Source: Octopus bimaculoides (Eukaryota). Taken from it: a stretch of 42,980 bases of DNA. Both the position numbers and the translations under genes were made by a program. The notes under the pieces were generated by a model that did no database searches, was not told the origin of the DNA, and saw only the letters and a program-made list of their open reading frames with translations. Where the stretch lies: assembly GCF_001194135.2 (NCBI RefSeq), contig NC_068993.1, forward strand, positions 40,050,061 through 40,093,040, read 5' to 3'. This document shows, in pieces, positions 36,536-42,980 of this stretch (position 1 is its first letter; each line of letters begins with the position of its first letter).

Positions 36536-37586
36536 CNNNNNNNNNNNNNNNNNNNNNNNNNNNNNNNNNNNNNNNNNNNNNNNNNNNNNNNNNNNNNNNN
36601 NNNNNNNNNNNNNNNNNNNNNNNNNNNNNNNNNNNNNNNNNNNNNNNNNNNNNNNNNNNTATATTATGTAAGGACAATAAACATTATAAAGAATGATACA
36701 GAAAGAACATAGTTTGGCAAACATAATATTTTAACTTTTAGGAAGATTAAATAAGTGTCAAGACGATTCGGAAGTTTGTCATTCATCAGAAAGTAGAAGG
36801 AAAACGAGAAGCATAAGGTGACAGGAAGACGAAACGAAATAGGGTGCAAGCTTTGCTGCTCTACTTAAACTAAACATCAACCTTCTCCTCCACTATCCAT
36901 GCTTTACTCCAATATGCGTACACACTTACATACATACTAAAATAGACCTTGTGCTGATGTTAGTAATAATCATTAGAATGTGTCGTAACAAATAAAAGAG
37001 AAAAGAAATGAGTAAAATAATACCGTAGTTTGACACACGATAAGACGTTAAGAAGTATATCTTTCATTAGACTCAAGGCTGTGAGGTCACAGTCACTCCA
37101 CATAACAAAATCGTTTGAACTAATCAATGAAATAATTAAGTGACCTTCAGAGTGTGGTGGCGGGTATCTGGTGTGACGTGCGTTGCTTAGGATTACGGCA
37201 GATCAATGTCAGATAACATCTGGAGAAAAATATGCGAACCTCGTCTGATTCTAGGGTCATTAGTTAATTGAACGAAATTAAGCGAGACTATCTGCGGAAA
37301 GATCTTTTTCAATTTGCCTGGCAGCTATGGGGTTTTGACACAGGTTTACAGATATATGTTATAAATCTAACTGAATACTGAATATAATCACAAAATGAAC
37401 TGCTTAAAGCCACTGGTTATTCCTAATTTTCTTTCAGTTAAGGTTAAAAAATTATTATATAATACATTACAAATATTAGCTTGCAAAAATTTATTCTGTA
37501 TGAATATATGCATTTAAGCATACACACGTTCACATATATGAATATATGGATATACATATATATGTGTGTGTGCGTGCGTGCGTGTG

Positions 37587-37625
<39 letters not shown>

Positions 37626-38098
37626 TGTTTCTTGACTTTCAGCGTAACCTGAATTTAACGTACGATAGCGTCGTCTTATAAAGGTAATCCCATAACCCTG
37701 CCTTCCCCATTTTATATATATATATATATANNNNNNNNNNNNNNNNNNNNNNNNNNNNNNNNNNNNNNNNNNNNNNNNNNNNNNNNNNNNNNNNNNNNNN
37801 NNNNNNNNNNNNNNNNNNNNNNNNNNNNNNNNNNNNNNNNNNNNNNNNNNNNNNNNNNNNNNNNNNNNNNNNNNNNNNNNNNNNNNNNNNNNNNNNNNNN
37901 NNNNNNNNNNNNNNNNNNNNNNNNNNNNNNNNNNNNNNNNNNNNNNNNNNNNNNNNNNNNNNNNNNNNNNNNNNNNNNNNNNNNNNNNNNNNNNNNNNNN
38001 NNNNNNNNNNNNNNNNNNNNNNNNNNNNNNNNNNNNNNNNNNNNNNNNNNNNNNNNNNNNNNNNNNNNNNNNNNNNNNNNNNNNNNNNNNNNNNNNNN

Positions 38099-38140
<42 letters not shown>

Positions 38141-38649
38141 TGTGTGTGTGTGTGTGTATACAACTAAATAACATATTTATGAATGATGTCGTTTTCTCAA
38201 ATGCATCATTTATCTTAAATGTGGCAAGGATTTGAACGAAATATGTGAGGAAGAGAATGACAAAGACCGAAGGGAAGATGGCGTTAAAAACAAAATATCA
38301 AGCGATACACTACTTGACAATGTATGCTAAATGAATTATTTTTAACGTAGACAATTGAAGAGAGGCGGTAGAGACCGAAAGAGACTGAGTGAGAGGCAGC
38401 GTTGCAGAGGAAGTAAAATGAAAATGACACAGTGATCTGGGAAAGACAAAATGTTTTAGATGGAATGGTACAGCAAGGATCATGAATGAAGTGTGTATGT
38501 GTGTGTGTGTGAGAGGGAGATCGAAGGCCGAAGAGAAGAAAACCTTGAAAAAAGAAAGCATTAATACATTATACGTGACCGTTAAATATCTAAAAGAACA
38601 TGCCTTGAGAGCGAGAGGGATTGAAAGAGAGAGAGAGAGAGAGTGTGTA

Positions 38650-38683
<34 letters not shown>

Positions 38684-39563
38684 GTGCTGCACTAAATAAA
38701 AATTTGTTTTCTGATTGATAGTAGAGAAAAAAAAAGAGATTATAAGTTTGAAATTTGTATGTACTCGTATCTTCAGTACTAAAATTTGTTTNNNNNNNNN
38801 NNNNNNNNNNNNNNNNNNNNNNNNNNNNNNNNNNNNNNNNNNNNNNNNNNNNNNNNNNNNNNNNNNNNNNNNNNNNNNNNNNNNNNNNNNNNNNNNNNNN
38901 NNNNNNNNNNNNNNNNNNNNNNNNNNNNNNNNNNNNNNNNNNNNNNNNNNNNNNNNNNNNNNNNNNNNNNNNNNNNNNNNNNNNNNNNNNNNNNNNNNNN
39001 NNNNNNNNNNNNNNNNNNNNNNNNNNNNNNNNNNNNNNNNNNNNNNNNNNNNNNNNNNNNNNNNNNNNNNNNNNNNNNNNNNNNNNNNNNNNNNNNNNNN
39101 NNNNNNNNNNNNNNNNNNNNNNNNNNNNNNNNNNNNNNNNNNNNNNNNNNNNNNNNNNNNNNNNNNNNNNNNNNNNNNNNNNNNNNNNNNNNNNNNNNNN
39201 NNNNNNNNNNNNNNNNNNNNNNNNNNNNNNNNNNNNNNNNNNNNNNNNNNNNNNNNNNNNNNNNNNNNNNNNNNNNNNNNNNNNNNNNNNNNNNNNNNNN
39301 NNNNNNNNNNNNNNNNNNNNNNNNNNNNNNNNNNNNNNNNNNNNNNNNNNNNNNNNNNNNNNNNNNNNNNNNNNNNNNNNNNNNNNNNNNNNNNNNNNNN
39401 NNNNNNNNNNNNNNNNNNNNNNNNNNNNNNNNNNNNNNNNNNNNNNNNNNNNNNNNNNNNNNNNNNNNNNNNNNNNNNNNNNNNNNNNNNNNNNNNNNNN
39501 NNNNNNNNNNNNNNNNNNNNNNNNNNNNNNNNNNNNNNNNNNNNNNNNNNNNNNNNNNNNNNN

Positions 39564-39615
<52 letters not shown>

Positions 39616-40522
39616 GCATATGCGCATATGTATGTATAATATCAGCGAGTCGATATCTATCCTGAAACATTCAGTTTATTAAAATGTCCGAACACAATTC
39701 CTTTCCAACAAAACATAGAATTACAACGGAATTGGATTTTCTATCTAAATAATTCCATGATTGCTTCACTTGGCAGACACGTTCTTCGTTTATTCTTCTG
39801 CTTCGTTCTTTTCTTTTCTTTTCTTTTCTTTTCGCTGTCTTCTTCATATTCTAGTTTTTGTATTGTTGTACGTTTCTACATTGTGTCCTTTATTCAAATA
39901 TTCCCAAACGTACCTTTTTTATTTCAATAGATCACAGAAAAGAAACTATATTATATAGTTCCCAACCTTCCCATCAAACCGTAACCATTCTTCTTCCATT
40001 GTATTTTCGAACAAACAAATGTCGCAAATTCCTTTCTTTCTCTTTTTTTCCTTCTCTTTTTTTTTCCTTCGTTCTTTCTTTCCTTCCTTCTAACGTCGTA
40101 ACATACCCTTGATTTTCATCAAGAACTAACATATGAAGAAGATGGCTGACTAAAACGATCGCTATCTAAAAGCAGCATTCCTTCTTCGTCTAAACACTGC
40201 TGCAAGCCGGAATTCTTCAACTTTTAGCACAGTGAAGTGGAAATAAAACGAAATCATATTGTTCCTTTCTCTCTTTCTCTTATATTATTATTTATTGTTA
40301 TTATCTTTTCATTATTTATTTTCTTATTTATTTCAGTTTTTTTTCTTTTCGCTTTTTTCTCCCCAAGAGAAGTCAGTGACATTAAACCGTCTGAAGAAAC
40401 ATTAGCCATTTTCGCATTGTCATAAAATTCTCATAAAATTTACTAATTGTTTTGAAAACCCAAACTGTTTAGATCATTTAACCCATTATCTCCGAAAATC
40501 CTACTCATCATCTTGTAGTTTT

Positions 40523-40587
<65 letters not shown>

Positions 40588-40588
40588 T
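40523..40588. repeat. (ACT)n microsatellite
   Basis: Direct reading. Confidence 0.95.
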
Positions 40589-41247
40589 TATTTCTTTCGG
40601 CCAAGTAGTTTTGTAGATTGTTTTTCAGGAATCTTCTATTCTCTTTCTACTAAAAATAATAGGCAAAACCCTTCGTTTGTACTATTGTGTATATTGTTGA
40701 TCTTATTGTCATTAGTTTTGTTATTTTTTACCCTTCCCCCATCATTCTTTTTTTTTCCTTCTACACATCTCTAAGAATGTCGGTAACGTACCGTCTTTTT
40801 CGTTTATTCCTCCACTCCATGCCGTCTCAACTTTCTTGCTAACACTGATGGTGTTGTTCAGTGCAGGTGGTGTACTGGGTTAGCTGCGCACTTCCGGTGC
40901 TAAGCCACCGAATCAACACGTGCGCAGGGTTGAAAGGAATAAATAGTATGCGTTCTTTTACTTTCTATTTTTTTTTCTTGCATTTTCCTTTAGTAAGCCT
41001 TTATTATGAGAATTATTTCGCATTGCCATTTTTTACTTCTCTTTTAAAGTTCCTATAACATCCTATTGTCATCACCAATAACAACTTTCGACGTTGTCAT
41101 CTCAGCATAATTTTTTTTCTCTTCATCTTCACTAACTGCTAACCATAACCGGCATTATTAACATAAACACACATGTCTATGAACGATTAGAAAAAAAATA
41201 TATATTTACTAACTCCATTGCATGGCCCCTCCAGTAACTAAACATTT

Positions 41248-41312
41248 TTTCCATAGCTTCGGGCCGACTATTTCGTTAGGAATAAATTTAGCAGAAGGAA
41301 ACTGCGTGGAAG
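41248..41312 (+). mobile_element. SINE family A-related tail fragment
   Basis: CCATAGCTTCGGGCCGAC...GAAGGAAACTGCGTGGAAG. Confidence 0.55.
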
Positions 41313-41416
41313 TATACATACGTACAGACAAACAGACGGACAGACAGACTGATAGACAGGTATAATGGATGGATGTATGGGTGGACAGCCAGACAGACAG
41401 ACAGATAGATAGATAA

Positions 41417-41491
<75 letters not shown>

Positions 41492-41504
41492 TATATATAT
41501 ATAG

Positions 41505-42547
41505 GCTTCCCAATTCTTATCCACGTGTCGGTATTAATAATCGAGATGTCGCTACCAGTAGGTAGTTGTAATTTAATATTCAATTCGTTTACTTTTACAT
41601 GTACAAATTTCCTATTTTCGGTGTCGCTTCTGCTTTGCATCGAGAAAACTCTAGAATTTTTTATGTTCGACCTTCTTTACTTCGTTCTGCAATGTGAGCT
41701 CTTGTGTCCTAGTTTTTGAATACTGTAACAATTTTGGGTTTTGAAAGGACAATCCTTTCCACAGCATGGGTTTGGTCTTGACATTTTTTTTGTTTGTTTA
41801 TACCTTCCCGGTCCACATGCTTGTACTAGTGAGGACTCCTTTTATCTTTACATCCTGACATAAGTTTACCATTCTTTGACACTGCTCTGTAACTGTATGC
41901 AGAGTTAAGCTTTGGTCCACTTGTTCAAGTTTTGTGAGAATTCTTGCACGTATCTCTGCATCTTTGTTTGCCGTAAACCCTTGTACGAAAATGAGGCTCT
42001 TAAACATATCAGAAGTTAGTTCCTTCAGTTTAAACCTTTGGCACATTCAGTTTACGGCCCCGGCATACATGACAAAGTCTTCATCCTCTCTTTTAACTAG
42101 ATTCCAACACTCTCATCGAGTGTTAAATAGGGAACTCTTATCACTGAATATTTTTGATGGTAGTTCGACTGTTTCCCGGAAACCAATTTCAGAAGTGTTT
42201 TTGAGTGGTATGAAATTACAATATCTTTCATGTCCAACCGGCGCTTGTTTACATAATAATAGTATTGCTTTTTCGTTGTGGACTTTCAATCTTCCCTGAA
42301 GATTTCTTCGTACCTCTTAAAGTACGCTGCAAACGTTATACCCTCCTCTCTGGGTCATAACTGAATTCTGTTGTAGAGTTCGATACGCCGTCTGGGGAAA
42401 ACGAACTTATAGTGTTTCTGGGCTTCTTAAGATATAGCTACATTAACTGTTGCTTTTCTTGTTGTTGAAGTTGTTGTTTCCGCAAAGCCTATCGCTGTTC
42501 TGGCTTCTGTTTTGCAACTGTATTATAGAAGCTAATAGTTCTTCCAT
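41505..42547 (-). pseudogene. Decayed gag-protease
   Basis: EFSYDPE..TFAAYFKRYEEIF, SLFNTR*ECWNLVK, FKSLIFVQG..DAEIRARILTKLE, CPFKTQNCYSIQKLGHKSSHC, RKFVHVKVN..LQLPTGSDISII (DTG>PTG). Confidence 0.88.
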
Positions 42548-42605
42548 AATTAACAACTTTGTATTACAAAAAATGTGTTAACTGAGGCCTGCGTGAGCTT
42601 CGAAT

Positions 42606-42616
42606 CCTCGTTACCA
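42606..42616 (-). promoter_or_regulatory. Primer binding site, tRNA-Ser(GCU)-like
   Basis: TGGTAACGAGG vs expected TGGCGACGAGG (CG>TA decay), 4 nt after the LTR end ..GTTACA. Confidence 0.65.
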
Positions 42617-42620
42617 ATAT

Positions 42621-42909
42621 TGTAACGTACTTACTCGTCTCCAATTATCGTAGTATCGCCACTATTTATGACGATACTTGTATACACTATAACCGTGTAG
42701 TGACAATAAACATATAACGAAGTAAGGTAGCAACGACGTAACAATCCGACAAACTACCAAAACGACACCTTACGACTTCCTGCGATTAACGCCTGCTTTT
42801 TCTGTCTCTCACTCAGACCGCTACTATTTATAGTCGTTCAGTCAAATCTATTCTCGCAGGTAGTGTTGTTACTCTCGCCATAGCATATATAGAAACACAT
42901 TATATTACA
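42621..42909 (-). repeat. 5' LTR of the Gypsy element
   Basis: TG...CA termini (TGTAAT...GTTACA), TATA-like CTATAAATAG at 42833-42824, directly upstream of the PBS; the partner LTR is not in the window. Confidence 0.65.
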
Positions 42910-42980
42910 CGTACATGCACCTATGAATGAATATATATGTAAACGAATATGTAAATGAACATATTTATATATATATATAT

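Larger units (their letters stand above)
41504..42909 (-). mobile_element. Gypsy/Ty3 LTR retrotransposon (K02A2.6-like), 3'-truncated
   Basis: LTR, PBS, decayed gag, CCHC knuckle remnant and aspartic protease in the correct order on the minus strand. Confidence 0.88.

Noticed and set aside
40885-40930. 8-bp hairpin CTGCGCAC/GTGCGCAG in a locally GC-richer patch
   Set aside because: Isolated short stem with no family or motif context

Overview
AT-rich, microsatellite-saturated, gap-rich (N runs) eukaryotic non-coding DNA. The repeat content (tRNA-derived SINE families, RTE, Dong/R4, Penelope and Gypsy relics amid very dense TA/CA/AAT/GATA tracts) points to an octopus/cephalopod genome; this is inference. 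No intact protein-coding gene is supported: the listed ORFs are microsatellite or N-run artefacts or decayed retroelement fragments. Mobile elements seen: about 20 SINE copies of at least 4 types, two mariner MITEs and one pogo/Tigger MITE, a Tc1/mariner transposase remnant, two RTE LINE relics, four Dong/R4-type RLE-domain relics embedded in (TAA)n, a fragmented Penelope-like element (RT thumb plus GIY-YIG), and a 5' Gypsy fragment (LTR, PBS, gag, protease). The most interesting signal is a recurring hammerhead-ribozyme (HHR) theme. (1) A tRNA-headed SINE carries a minimal type-I HHR at 16.1-16.4 kb, head-to-head with an inverted copy of its own tail that is truncated inside the ribozyme. (2) A second, unrelated HHR has the same inverted truncated-copy layout at 36.4-36.5 kb. 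(3) An HHR relic lies in the 3' region of the Penelope-like element at 18.9 kb. (4) A family of microsatellite-flanking repeats keeps half-HHR motifs. Together these suggest Penelope-mobilised, ribozyme-bearing non-autonomous elements, at least one with a Pol III promoter. All folds were done by eye and every copy here carries decay mutations.
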